From positions 310,001 to 374,000 of the forward strand of contig OX597827.1 of assembly GCA_951406725.2 (NCBI GenBank): a stretch of 64,000 nt of DNA, read 5' to 3'. Position numbers and translations under genes: made by a program. Shown here piece after piece: positions 1 through 13,009 of this stretch; the first letter of the stretch is position 1, and every line of letters starts with the position of its first letter. The stretch is from Octopus vulgaris (taxonomy: Eukaryota). The notes under the pieces are model-generated. The model was not told the origin of the DNA and did no database searches. It saw only the letters and a program-made list of their open reading frames with translations.

Positions 1-26
1 GGAGGGAAATTGGGCAAAGGTCCAGT

Positions 27-59
<33 letters not shown>

Positions 60-62
<3 letters not shown>

Positions 63-345
63 GGCATGCGGCCTAGTGGTTAGGGTATTGCACTTATGTT
101 CACTAGATCATGGATTCCGTTCCCTGACTGGGTGGTGTGTTATGTTCTTTAGCAAAACACTTCATTTCACATTGTTCCAGTCCACTCAGCTGTAAATAGG
201 TAACCCTGTGACAGAATAGTTCTGATCAGAGGTAATGTTGGTCTGCTCATCTAGCCAGTGGGGTGGCATTATTCCAAAGCTAAAACGATCTGAAGCACAT
301 TGTGATCAGTGATGTATAACAACACCCAATAGTCTGGTTGATATT
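60..345 (+). mobile_element. tRNA-derived SINE
   Basis: Head with A-box-like GGCCTAGTGG and a degraded B box, then tgtgttatgttctttagcaaaacact...ccactcagctgtaaatagg. Related copies at about 3800-4020, 9599-9890 and 31725-31975. Confidence 0.65.
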
Positions 346-476
346 GTGAAACCATGAGATATATATATATAAAGAGAGAGAGAGAGAGAGAGATGCACAC
401 ACACACACACATATGCAGCTCTACCAGAACTCCTAGGTGGGTGGGTCTCTTGAAAAGCTATGGAGGAGGAGGAGGA

Positions 477-509
<33 letters not shown>

Positions 510-510
<1 letters not shown>

Positions 511-655
511 CGTTAGGAAGGGCATCCAGCTGTAGAAACACTGCCAGATCTGACTGGCCTGGTGCAGCCTTCGGGCTCCCCAGACACCAGTTGAACCGTC
601 CAACCCATGCTAGCATGGAAAGCGGACGTTAAATGATGATGATGATCATGATGAT
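510..655 (+). mobile_element. RTE-type 3' tail repeat ending in (GAT)n
   Basis: ggaagggcatccagctgtagaaac...ccaacccatgctagcatggaaagcggacgttaaatgatgatg. The same tail directly follows RTE C-terminal coding sequence at 60178-60600 and 40560-41045. Confidence 0.75.
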
Positions 656-878
656 ATAGTTAGAAATGGGAAGAAGAGGATTTAGATTATTCCCATGTGG
701 TGAGTTGTAATGAAAAAAATATATCATAAAAGAAGGAAAATGCACACAGCTTACATAGTTTTAATATATTTTCAATGAATGAATATCGTGGTTGTCAACC
801 GGTTTCACTTTCCCTAATCATGACATTGAAATTATTGTGATATTTTCTTAAGAAATGAATGAATCAGGCTGAACTTTC

Positions 879-946
<68 letters not shown>

Positions 947-949
947 AAA

Positions 950-2965
950 ATTCAACAGTCAGAAATTTAGAGATTTCTAAATGAAATATTTGACAAAACA
1001 GAAGAGAAGAAGGAGGTGCATATCATAGAGGACTACTAGAAGTTTCTCTGGGACAACCTACAGAGGGTTATAGACCAGTGCAAAGTTCTAGCCAGACTGA
1101 GGGTGACATGATTGTGCAACAGTGAGACAGCTAGGGCTATAAAACTAAAACACCAGTTCTTTCTAAGAGTGGAAAAATGGGGGTAGCAGAAAACTATATC
1201 TGGTAGCTTGAAGAGAAGCTATGCAACAGGCTTACATAGCAAAAGGAGAATCAGAAAGTAGCATAAGAATTAGAGGCATTAGGTGCTTTGAATTGTAAGA
1301 TAAAGTATAAGAGAAAATCAAGATGTTTTGAGTAAGAAGTGTGTATGAGTAAATAACGGTACACATGCACTTAGTAATTCTAAAAAAAAAAAAAAAAGGA
1401 GGCAAGAAAGTGCTTCCATGAAAAGTTATTAAACATGCAGAACAGGAGAAAGAGAATTTTCCCAATGTTGACCCAACAGAAGGACCAGCAGCCCTACGTT
1501 GGCAGCAGTATGATAGATAAGGCAATTAAAGATTTGACTGTAGGGAAAGCTCTTGGTCCAGCAGGAATCACCATTGAAATGCTTAAACTATCTGGCAGAG
1601 TAGAATATAGCCTATTCATATGTATAGTTAATAAGGTATCACATCAAGTGTCTTGTGTAGATGATTTAGACAGAAGTAATTGTAGACATATTGTTGGACT
1701 AGGTCATGAAAGCTACAGAAAAAGTTATGGATTAACTGATTAGGAACAGAATTAGACTAGATGAGATGCGGTTTCGTTTTGTGCCAGGGAGAAAATACTA
1801 CAGATGCCCTCTTTCTAGTAAGACAACTGGAGGAAAAGTATTAAGATGAAAGTAACCCATCCAACTTGGCTTTGACAGAGTCTGTCACTATATATGATCT
1901 GGTGGTCTCTGAGGAAGCTTGGGGAAGATGATTGACTTGTGAAAGCCATACAAGCCATGAACAGGGATGCTGTTAATAATGTGAGGGTTTACCACAAATA
2001 CTGTGATGAATTTAGAGTACAAGTAGGAAATCATTAGGGTTCAGTTCTCGGTCTCTTCCTATTCATCATACTCTCCCTGGTTATATCAAGAACTTAAGAC
2101 AAGCTGTCTTTGGGAACTACTAAAGGGCTAAATTAACTTAGCAAGGGCCAAAATTCCTGTAAGCTGGAAAATAAGCAGGACTCTACTCATATCAGATAAA
2201 TGGCCCTGTTTGATGAATAGGAAAGGTTTAAGCAGGAGTTCCACTTGGTGTGCCCAATGCGAGCTATGGGCACACAAGAAGTACAGTGGCATCACAGGAA
2301 TTATAAGAGAGATTTTTATGTGAAAGATTTGCAAGAGCAATAAATACTAAGGACACATGAGAAATGCTTTAAAGGCTTCCTAGAGATGGTAGTAGATAGA
2401 TTCTGTTGCCTAGTTGACTTAAAGAGCAATGGAAGAGAATGTTTGGTAAGTATAGTTGCTACAATAAGAATAGGTTGGGGAAAGTTCAGAGAGCTATTAT
2501 CACTGTTGGTGACAAAGTGTCTCTCAAAGAGAAAAGGAGATTGTATGATGCTTGTGTATGAGCAGCAATGCTGTATAGTTGTGAGACTGTGGGCCCTGAA
2601 TGCAGAGAACATGCAAAGACTATAGAAGAATGAAGCTGGTATGGTCTGTTGAATGTGCAACATTAGTATGCATGTCTGACAAAGTGCACATATGTTGGGA
2701 GAAAAATTGAGCATAAAAGGAATCAGATATAGTGTACAAGAGAGAAGACTGCATTGGTATGGTTGTGTGATGCGTATGGATAAGGACTGGTATATATAAG
2801 AAGTTCTGGTCGCTTAAAGTGGGTGGGACTTGTGGTTAAGGGAGACCAAGGAAGATTATAAGATGAAGTAGTGAAGGCTAATCTTAAGATGTTGAGCCTT
2901 ATGGAAGAAATGACAAAAGACCGAAATGATTGACAATTTGCTGTGTTTGAGAAGACCTGTCCAGC
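950..2965 (+). mobile_element. Decayed RTE-clade LINE ORF2 (reverse transcriptase) fragment
   Basis: Fragmentary peptides GKALGPAGITIEMLKLSG and IRIGWGKFRELLSLL, with degraded FxFVPGR..TDA.FLVRQL.EKY, RRLHWYG.VMRM and GRPR motifs across several frames. Many stops and frameshifts. Confidence 0.8.
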
Positions 2966-3934
2966 ACAGTAAGCATGAGGTTCTAAAAATATCTTGTTTA
3001 TGTCTGCACATGCTGAGCCCTACCCCTGCATCTTTTCTGCTCTTAGAAGTATTCCCCTTATCTTGTTCTAACACCCATCCTGCCATCATTTTTCTAGCAA
3101 TGGAATTACTCAGCTTCTATAATCATTTAAGAGGAGATTTGTTACATATTTAATCCCCAATGTTTTTTTTTTCTATTGTTTACCTCCTTTTTTCCCCTTG
3201 GAGCCACTTCCAATCAGCATCTATCCTTTGTTCTCATTGTCATCCCTTCCAACACAATTTCACCAATTGGCCCCTTTCAAAGTCACCAGTTATATCTTCC
3301 TCTTCCCTGAGCTATGTTTTAGGCCTGCCAGATCTCATCTTTATCACCTCTCTTATCTGCTTTCATTCTCAGTGTAAACACTGATATTCCTCCCTACCAA
3401 CTACAGTTGTAGCCCCCACTCCCTATAATCACTCTTATATTCATTTGATCTCCATCACTACCTGCCTCCCTTACACATCTTTCCCTCCTTTCTGATCTGT
3501 CCTCCTTTGTGAGCCACTTCCATCTCTCACATTTTACCCCTTCCCTCCTAATATCCCCCCCCCCAGTCAACCATACTTCCACCCTTGTTCATCACTTACA
3601 ATATATACCTTTACCCCTATCTCTGTATGTTGCTCTTCTCTCATACTCTTATGAAATGGCACCCCCTCTACCTCCTGATTCACTAGCCATATCCTCACTT
3701 ATACTCACCTTGTATCTTTAGGGATCACTCTGGCACCTCATCACCACCATCCTTATCTTCTTCCCAGCTATTTCCACCCAGCCTTAAACAATGTTGATTT
3801 GCCATGTATTCAACTCGGGATCATAAGGTCATGAGTTTGATACCCTGGGGTTTACTCTGTCCTTGAGCAAGAAACTCGTTTCAATGTTGCTCCACTTCAC
3901 TCAGCTGGCAAAAGTGAATTACTTCAAAGGGCCA

Positions 3935-4029
3935 GCCTTGTCACATTCTGTGTCATGTCCCTGAGAAATATGTTAAGGGTACATATGTCGCTGGAGAGTG
4001 TTCAGCCACTTGCATGTTTATTTCACATG

Positions 4030-4061
<32 letters not shown>

Positions 4062-4600
4062 AGTATATATATACATGTATGTGTGTGTATATGTTTGTTT
4101 GTCTGTGTTTGTCCCCCCCCAACATCACTTGACAACCGATGGTGTTGTGTTTACGTCCCTGAAACGTTAATTGATGGGCAGATCAACTGGAACATTCATT
4201 GTAATAACTGATGGACTGCTGTCTATAGTAACACAGCTCCTTGTCAGATTCTGTGTTACACGGAATCTCCAGCATGGCCGCAGCCAAATGACTGAAACAA
4301 GTAGAAGAGAGTAAAAGAGGCTATTCTGTTGATCGGATCAACTTGAACCTTGATTGTCATAACTGATGGAGTGCCTTCTATAGTAACACACACCTTGTCA
4401 CATTCTGTGTCACACTGAATCTCCCTGAGAACTACATTAAGGGTAGGTGTCTGTGGAGTACTCAGCCACTTGCACGTTAATTGATGGGCAGATCAACTGG
4501 AACATTCATTGTAATAACTGATGGACTGCTGTCTATAGTAACATGCTCCTTGTCAGATTCTGTGTTACACGGAATCTCCCTGATAACTACGTTAAAGGTA
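3935..4600 (+). repeat. Tandemly reiterated SINE-tail segment (about 4 partial copies)
   Basis: cttgtcacattctgtgtca/cttgtcagattctgtgtta recurs at about 3937, 4240, 4393 and 4549. The block gttaattgatgggcagatcaactggaacattcattgtaataactgatggactgctgtctatagtaaca occurs at 4166 and 4476. Confidence 0.7.
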
Positions 4601-4605
4601 TACAT

Positions 4606-5490
4606 GTCTGGCAGAAACTTTAGCATGCCAGGCGAAATGCTTAGGGGTATTTCGTCCGTCACTACGTTCTGAGTTTAAATTCCACCGGGGTCGACTTTGC
4701 CTTTCATCCTTTCGGGGTCGATTAAATAAGTACCAGTTATGCACTGGGGTCAATGTAATCGACTTAATCCCTTTGTCTGTCCTTGTTTGTCCCCTCTGTG
4801 TTTAGCCCCTTGTGGGTAGTAAAGAAATAGGTATTTCACATGTCTGCGGAGTGAGTGTTCAGCTACTTGTACATTAACTTCATGAGCAGACTGTTCCGTT
4901 GATCAGATCAGCTGATGGAAGACTAAGTCAACCTCTGCGGAATTTGAACTCAGAATGTAAGGACAGATGAAACACCACTAAGCATTTTGTCTGGCAAAGT
5001 AACAATTCTCCCAGACAAAATGCTTAGTGGTGTTTTATCTGTCTTTATGTTTTGAGTTCAAATGCTGCTGGGGTCAACTTTGCCTTTCATCCTCTCTGGG
5101 TTGATAAAATATTACCAGTTGATCATCATGGTCAATATAACCAACTTATCCTCTCCCTTGAAATAGCTGGCTTTGTACCAAAATTTGAAACTGTTATTAT
5201 TATTATCATTGTTGTTGTTGCTGCTGTTGCTGTTGTTGTTGTTGCTGCTGTTGCTGTTGTTGTTGTTGTGAGCTGTCAGAATTGTTACCACTTTTGGATA
5301 AAATGCTTAGTGGTGTTTCATCTGTCCTTACATTCTGAGTTCAAATTCCACATAGGTTGACTTAGCCTTCCATCCTTTCAGGGTTGATAAAAATAAGTAC
5401 CAGCTGAGTACTGGGCTCAATGTAACTGACTAACCCCATCCACCAAAACTTCAGACCTTGTACTTATAGTGGAAAAAATTATTATTATTG
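4606..5490 (+). mobile_element. Cluster of SINEs of the ggcagaa...gtcgactttgcctttcatcctttcggggtcgataaaataagtaccag family
   Basis: Copies at about 4606-4830, 5015-5200 and 5270-5490 (+) and 4925-5010 (-). The central motif resembles the Deu/Nin SINE domain (recognised from memory, not aligned). Confidence 0.75.
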
Positions 5491-6239
5491 TTGTAGCTGT
5501 TGTTCGTGTTGTTGATGCTGCTGTTGTCCTCTTGCTGAGTGTACATGACTCAGTGGTTATTGCTTTCCTTTCTTGCCTCTCTGTTGTGTGTACAAGTGTA
5601 TACGTGTATCTGACCTTATGGGTATGAAAGGGCATGACATTGACCCTTCTTCTATTTACTATATCCTACTACCCTCTTGCCAAATGTTCCACCACTCCAC
5701 TGATGTTGATAATTTGCAATACGAGGATATATTTTGAGTAACTTAACAATATGTATTCTTTTACTGAACACCGATGAGGAAATTTTGTTAAGATTATGTA
5801 ATTTTCATCAACTAATTGTGTAATCCTGTCAGGTGATTTTATGCAATGCATGTATGCTTTATAAAACTTAAAACACCAAATATATTTTCTTTATCTTATT
5901 AATGCTATCATGTAGTTGGAATTCTGCACACTAGTCTTTTCTGTGATTGGATGCCCTCATGTAGCTGCACTGGATATAACCTATTACTGAGTTCAAAAGT
6001 TTGATCACACATCATGCTATTGGTTGGATTCCAGGATCATTCAGCACATACACACACAAAAAAAATCATGTTGCTCCTATGGAGAACATTTGTTCTCAGT
6101 TCAGTTACTTGGATCACTACTCCCAATTGTGGCTTCCACACTAAAAGCAGAACTCAATTCAATGCTGCTACACCAAGAAGGTTGCCTTGATGCAGAAGAT
6201 GAGCTATTGAGAGAGGCCAAAAAGACTATGGTTACTTCC

Positions 6240-6710
6240 TAGAGAGAAGATATGAAAGATATGCAGTGAGGAAAATATGGAAAATCCTAGAATGTGTAGC
6301 ATCTAACTTTGGGTTTGAAAGCTATACCAATCACTAGGCTGGATGCTACTGCATTGTGTTAAAGATCCCACTGTTTCTATCCAGAGAAAGGAATCAATAC
6401 TGTGATGACTTAGGGTTCAAGGGCCCATAAGCTTTCAATATTTAGCCTAAGTGCCTCAAATATCTATGAGGTGTAGATGTGGATGTGTTCAAAGAATATT
6501 TAGACAAATTTTTATCTGAGATACTACATGAACCCATATTGTGGCAAGAAATGCAAAGAAGGGCAGCTTTGTCCAGCTCACTGCTCCATCAGGACTGATT
6601 TTGGAGATGGAATTGGGTAATGAGTTTAAAATAAACAAGTATTAACATTTATGGTAGTACCCCAGCATGGCCACAGCCTCTGGTTGAATGGTTGAAGTCA
6701 ATAAAAGAAT
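6240..6710 (+). mobile_element. Decayed 3' end of a CR1-group LINE
   Basis: atatggaaaatcctagaa...aactttgg (IWKILE..NFG) and tail ccccagcatggccacagcc match the 3' end of the 12910-17500 element. A second such fragment lies at about 7550-7850. Confidence 0.7.
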
Positions 6711-6715
6711 ATATG

Positions 6716-7547
6716 TATGAGTGTGTTTACTTCTGAATGCTGACTAAGATACTCTGATGGAATGTGATCAAATGAGGTTTATTTTTCAACATAATCCCCC
6801 TTGCAGTCCACACACTTCTTCCATTAGTGTTGCAGCATTTGGATCCCATTGATGAAAAAGCATTCATCCTGTTTGTCAAAAAAGTCATCAACAGCTGATA
6901 TGAGATCATCATCACTGCAAAGCTGGTTCCCAGCCAAGTGTTTCTTCATATTTTTTCTGGGCATTTGGTCTTGATAGCCTTTCATAACTGCCTCAGCAAG
7001 TTGGCATAGTACTCTCCATTGATGGAAAGGCCCTTTTGAAGATAGTCAACAAACACAATGCATGCATTTTGGAGTGCTCAGCAGAATATTCTTAACTCTC
7101 TCATGAGTTATGCTAATTGTATTGGCTATTTGATTTATAGTCAGCTGCCATGTAGTGAGCATGATCAATGTTTTCCTTGTTGGTAGCAGTTGTAGAACAT
7201 CTAGATTTTGGGTCATATTCAAGGCTCTTCCTTCTTCTAAAATCAACTACCTACTTTTGCTCTGTTGATTAATGTAACAACTGTGTCAGCATGAATGTCC
7301 TTGGGGGCTAAACTCTTTTTCTGCAGGTGCTTGATAAACACCACAATGCCAAATTTTGCCCATTTTTGAGAGAAGTTACTACTAGTTATTTTTGAAGTCT
7401 TCTTTGAACAGTTGGATGTCTGTTTACCTGGAAAGAAACAGTGCAGTTAATTATTAAGTGGAGGTGAAATTAAAGCATGCAAGATTTCAACAGCTCTAAC
7501 ATCACTCATTCATAGTCAGCCTAAGAACTTTTCTGCTCACCCTCATA
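6716..7547 (-). mobile_element. Internally deleted Tc1/mariner (mariner-type) DNA transposon remnant
   Basis: Minus-strand translation near 6780-6870 gives FFINGIQMLQH*WKKCVDCKGDYVEK*, the typical mariner transposase C-terminus. Near 7280-7340 it gives IKHLQKKSLAPKDIHAD (N-terminal HTH region). The end reads TAtgagggtgagcagaaaagttc (minus, from 7547), with a degraded TAtgagtgtg counterpart at 6716. Confidence 0.8.
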
Positions 7548-7984
7548 CATATGAAAGATCCTAGAAGGACTGGCACTGAACTTTGGCATTGAGATTTTTA
7601 TCAGCTCCTGAACAGGATACCACTGCACAGTGCCAAAGGTTCCAAACACTCCATCTAAAATAAGTTCCAGATACTGCAATAACTTGACTTTTGAGGGTCC
7701 ATAGCTGTTTGATATCTGACCAAAAAAAACTGAGGTTGGAGTAGATATTTTCAAGAAACACATTGACTTTCTGCTGTTCAAGATCCTAGATGAGCCTATA
7801 TCATGTTAAGAATCTCAAATGCCTGCAATAACAAATCCCTTCATTCATAATTGGTTATTGAAAAAGTGATGATGATGACAGGGCCTCACTAGTTATGTAC
7901 TTTTCGTATGAGGTTTGTGAATATTGTAAAGGTTGAATGTAGCGAATGGAATTTATGTTGTAGTAGATGAACATGCAGCTTAGT

Positions 7985-8400
7985 GACATTAAATATAAAG
8001 CTTTCTAGGACTTTTTGTGGATGTATATAGCTACAAACTGTATGGACTTGAAACTAGAACCCTATTTAGGTTTATGGCCAAATTCTTTGATGACTGGTCT
8101 ATTCAGATGCTTTGAATGACTTTCAATGCCAACTAGATGCACAAATATGACTCTTGGTTGATTTTTCTCAGTTGACCAACAAGATAGCAAGAAGACAACC
8201 AGAGCTTGCTGGGCACTACTTGTGACATCCAAGATTGCTTGTCAATCAAGTTGTCATCTAGGAACCAACCTATGGTGAGATTAGGGGTATCTTCCCAAGA
8301 CCATGACCAAGATCCTGAAGGACTACATTTAACTTAGGACAGTGACAATGGAACAAAATATGTGATGTGTCTGTTATCCATATCTAGAGTAAGTTTGAGT
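7985..8400 (+). mobile_element. Highly decayed RTE-like LINE C-terminal fragment (different subfamily)
   Basis: ctgtatggacttgaaact (LYGLET) and aagatagcaagaagacaaccagagcttgctgggcactac (KIARRQPELAGHY), followed by a degraded WEP..G motif. Confidence 0.5.
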
Positions 8401-8993
8401 TATAGTTAATAGATGCTGATAGAAAGGTGTTGGGTTTGTGTGATGTTGCTTCAGTTAGCTTCTTAATAGGTTTGTAGTGTTATCAAGTCTGACAGCAGGG
8501 CAGCTCAGTAAACTATCTGGCACTTCTCTATTTCCACATAGTTGCACACAATTCTAACCCTATGTCAACCTCCTAAAAATCTGGCTCCAGACAAATACTC
8601 ATATCAATGTTGCTGTTAGTAGTTGTTACTCTTTTCTGGTTCAGCTCTAGGCAAATTTTTAGTTGGTTAAATATTTAAGTATTTAAATAAACAGAATGGT
8701 TCTCTTTGCAGGGAATAATTTATAAAACTATTAACTCTCTCTGCATCATCACCATCCACACAACCGCCACCACAAACGTCAACGAGGTAGCCTTGTGTTC
8801 GATTGACTTGCTAGTAATGGCAACCAAATCTTCTTCAAATCAAACAAAGCTTTGCTCGATTAAGTTTAACCCTGGGCTGAACAACAACAAAGGAGAAAGA
8901 ACATATAAGCAAATGTAAAGGCAAAATAGGATATCTTCGATCATGAGTCTGAATCAAGGCCGGTCTGTGTCGGATAACAATATGAGAGAACTG

Positions 8994-9425
8994 GGATCTT
9001 TTCGATTTGAACGGCTGTTTTTAACATAATTTCTAAGTAACTAAAAAATTTTAAACTTCGCATACTGGTAGAATGTGTTTATAAAACATCTTTTTCTCTT
9101 GGCTTTATTGAGAAAATTCTATAGTTTGTAAGATATTTGTTGTTCTTTTCTTCAATTTCTGCAATTTCAACCAATCAATGACCGTCTATTGAGGTGAAAA
9201 CATTCTGTGCCGTATGAATATGTCCCTCGTTTAAGAAACAGATTGGGTTTATTTACACTTGAGAAGAAAAAAAGATATCCTTCCCCCTACCCCTAACCCC
9301 AATCCTAACTAACCCTAACCCTAAAACAGATTGAAATGCAATAGATCGATACTAGGGTCATAATTATGGGTGACAATTTCATATGATACCACTAGAAAAA
9401 ACTGCCGTTCAAACCGAAAAGATCC
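8994..9425. mobile_element. Non-autonomous DNA transposon (MITE) with about 28-bp GG-starting TIRs and 8-bp TSD (Merlin-like)
   Basis: Left end GGATCTTTTCGATTTGAACGGCTGTTTTT, right end AAAAACTGCCGTTCAAACCGAAAAGATCC. Flanks gagaactg (8986-8993) and aagaactg (9426-9433) match at 7 of 8 positions. Confidence 0.85.
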
Positions 9426-9598
9426 AAGAACTGAAATAATCCAAGACCATAAAGACAAAAGTATTAACTCTTGACGTTTAGCAACAATTCAAGAGAACTG
9501 AGAGCGAATATTGGCCGAGTCATTCGTCCGATGGAAGCTTAACCTGCCAGTTTTCTACCCTTCACCAAAACAACTAGAAACAAAGTCCTAGTATTATT

Positions 9599-9890
9599 AG
9601 GGCCTAGTGGTTGGGATGTTGCTCTCACGATCGTGAGATCGTAGTTTCAATTCCTAGACCGGGTGGTGCGTTGTGTTCTTGAGTAAAATACCTCATCTCA
9701 CGTTGCTCTGCGACCACTTCGACACTTGATGCATGGTACACATTACACCTGTTCAGGTAACGTCGGTTTGATGGAGAGAATGAGCTTAATGCGCGGCACG
9801 AACATTTGATCACTATAAACGAAGGATTTGTGCAGGACGTTCGGCAAACGCTGAACGCTAACGTCGTCTTCGATGGGAGAGTCCATCATT
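9599..9890 (+). mobile_element. tRNA-derived SINE, CpG-rich copy
   Basis: A box GGCCTAGTGG, B-box-like GTTTCAATTCC, then tgtgttcttgagtaaaatacct. Confidence 0.65.
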
Positions 9891-9896
9891 ATTTTT

Positions 9897-10118
9897 AGGC
9901 GGCGAGCTGGCAGAATCGTTAGCGCGCTGGACGAAATGCTTAGCAGTATTTCGTCCGTCTTTACGTTCTGAGTTCAAATTCCGCCGAGGTCGACTTTGCC
10001 TGTCATCTTTCGAAATTAAGTACCAGCCAAGTATTGGGGTCGATGTAATCGACTGTCCCCCTCCCCTCAAATTCCAGACCTTGTGCCTATACTAGAAGAG
10101 ATTATTATTATTATTATT
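9897..10118 (+). mobile_element. SINE (Deu/Nin-like domain family) with (ATT)n tail
   Basis: aggcggcgagctggcagaatcgttagc...gagttcaaattccgccgaggtcgactttgcc...ccttgtgcctatactagaagagattattatt. Further copies at about 33700-33920(-), 48595-48800, 49485-49700, 50058-50275, 57470-57690(-) and 61350-61535(-). Confidence 0.8.
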
Positions 10119-10999
10119 CAAAATAATCAACTGTTCAAACTTCATTTTCATTAAAATCTGGCTCGCCTTAGTGTGCAAGGGAGGTAACTCTTACTGTATT
10201 TCCAATGGGTATCCTACCTTCTTCGTATGTTTAGAATACATCAGAGCGTAAACGAGTATTTTAGTAACATTTATATTTATTCGGGTAAAGTCGATAATCC
10301 ATTTTGCAGCTACGCCTAATTTCACCCTTGATAATATTGTGAGGCAGTGTATGAAGTTTGTGAATATTGTAAAGGTTGATGCAGGGATCGAAGTCAATTG
10401 GGGTTTTAGTTATTTGAGAACACACACACACACATTTTCTATTGGTTTCAGTCATTGGACTGCGACCATGCTGGGGCACTACTTGACCTTAGCGGTTATT
10501 TGAAGTCTGGTTTTTATTCTATCGGTCACTTTGACCGAATTGATAGTTTTCGGGGGACGTAAACAAACCTTCAGTAGTTGTTAAGTGGTGAAATGAGAGG
10601 TGGGTGGGTGGATGGGTAAAAACAAACACATGCACACGATGGGCTTCCACATAATTTCCGTCTACCCAATTTACTCATGGACTGAACCCAAAACCAATTG
10701 TTGCAAAGCGTGCTTCTTCACACACACACAAAGCACGCATACACACACACAGCACGTATACATACGTGCGATTTGTTCTGGCTACCCGAGTCCAAATATT
10801 CTGGAGGTCGACTACCCCTTTTAGTACCAGTACTAGAGGTTTTTGCTATCTCTCTGGACAAAAGCGACTTTGGTTAAACCTGCACAAGTATAGGTCCTGC
10901 CAGATTTAATCAACGCAAGATCTGTCATACATCACAACAATAGTACCTCTCTACATTGATAGTTCAGGGCCCAACTTAAGGTGCAGGAATATATATATA

Positions 11000-11412
11000 T
11001 AATAATAATAATCAATATTTGAGGGAATATTAATCCTAACTTACAGGGAAAAATTCAATTAAGAAATACTAAATCAAATTTCACACAATATAATATATGT
11101 ATATTTAAAAATTAGAAAAAAAACCACCTTTTATCAATTCAAAATGAACAATTAAATTACACCATCTAGAAAATTACATAAATAGAAATATTAAAATTAA
11201 AATAACAATAATATACCGATGATTAAGTAAATTGCAAAAAAATAATAAAAACGTATTATACCAATTATATACGTTTTTATTATTTTTTTGCAATTTACTT
11301 AATCTTCAGTATATTATTGTTATTTTAATGTTAATATTTCTATTTATGTAGTTTTCTAGATGGTGTAATTTAATTGTTAATTTTGAATTGATAAAAGGTG
11401 GTTTTTTCTAAT
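11000..11412. mobile_element. AT-rich insert in (TA)n forming a long hairpin (arms about 145 bp); probable Penelope-like terminal fragment
   Basis: 11111-11255 is the near-perfect reverse complement of 11270-11412. The unpaired start (aatatttgagggaatattaatcctaacttacagggaaaaat) is homologous to the reverse complement of 56620-56657. Confidence 0.6.
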
Positions 11413-12679
<1,267 letters not shown>

Positions 12680-12682
<3 letters not shown>

Positions 12683-12905
12683 GCTTATGTGTCTTTGTGT
12701 CTGTATATGTCACCCTCCACCATTGTTTGACAAGCGATATTGGTGTGTTTACATCCCCGTAATTTAGTGGTTCAGCAAAAGAGGCCAGTAGAATAAGTAC
12801 TAGGCTTACAATGAATAAGTCCTGGAGTCAATTTCTTCAACTAAAATCCCTTTAAGGCAGTGTTCCAGCATGGCTGCAGTCAAATGACTGAAACAAGGAA
12901 AGAAT
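12680..12905 (+). mobile_element. 3' half of the abundant microsatellite-containing SINE with CR1-type tail
   Basis: ttgacaagcgatattggtgtgtttacatccccgtaatttagtggttcagcaaaag...ccagcatggctgcagtcaaatgactgaaacaag. It abuts the LINE poly(A) tail-to-tail. Confidence 0.8.
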
Positions 12906-13009
12906 ATGGTTTTTTTTGTTTTTTTTTTTTTTTTTTCAGCTTAGAGCTGTGGCCATGCTGATGCACCGCTGTTTTGTGCTACACTGTTATTACGTAGAAC
13001 CTCCTCTAA

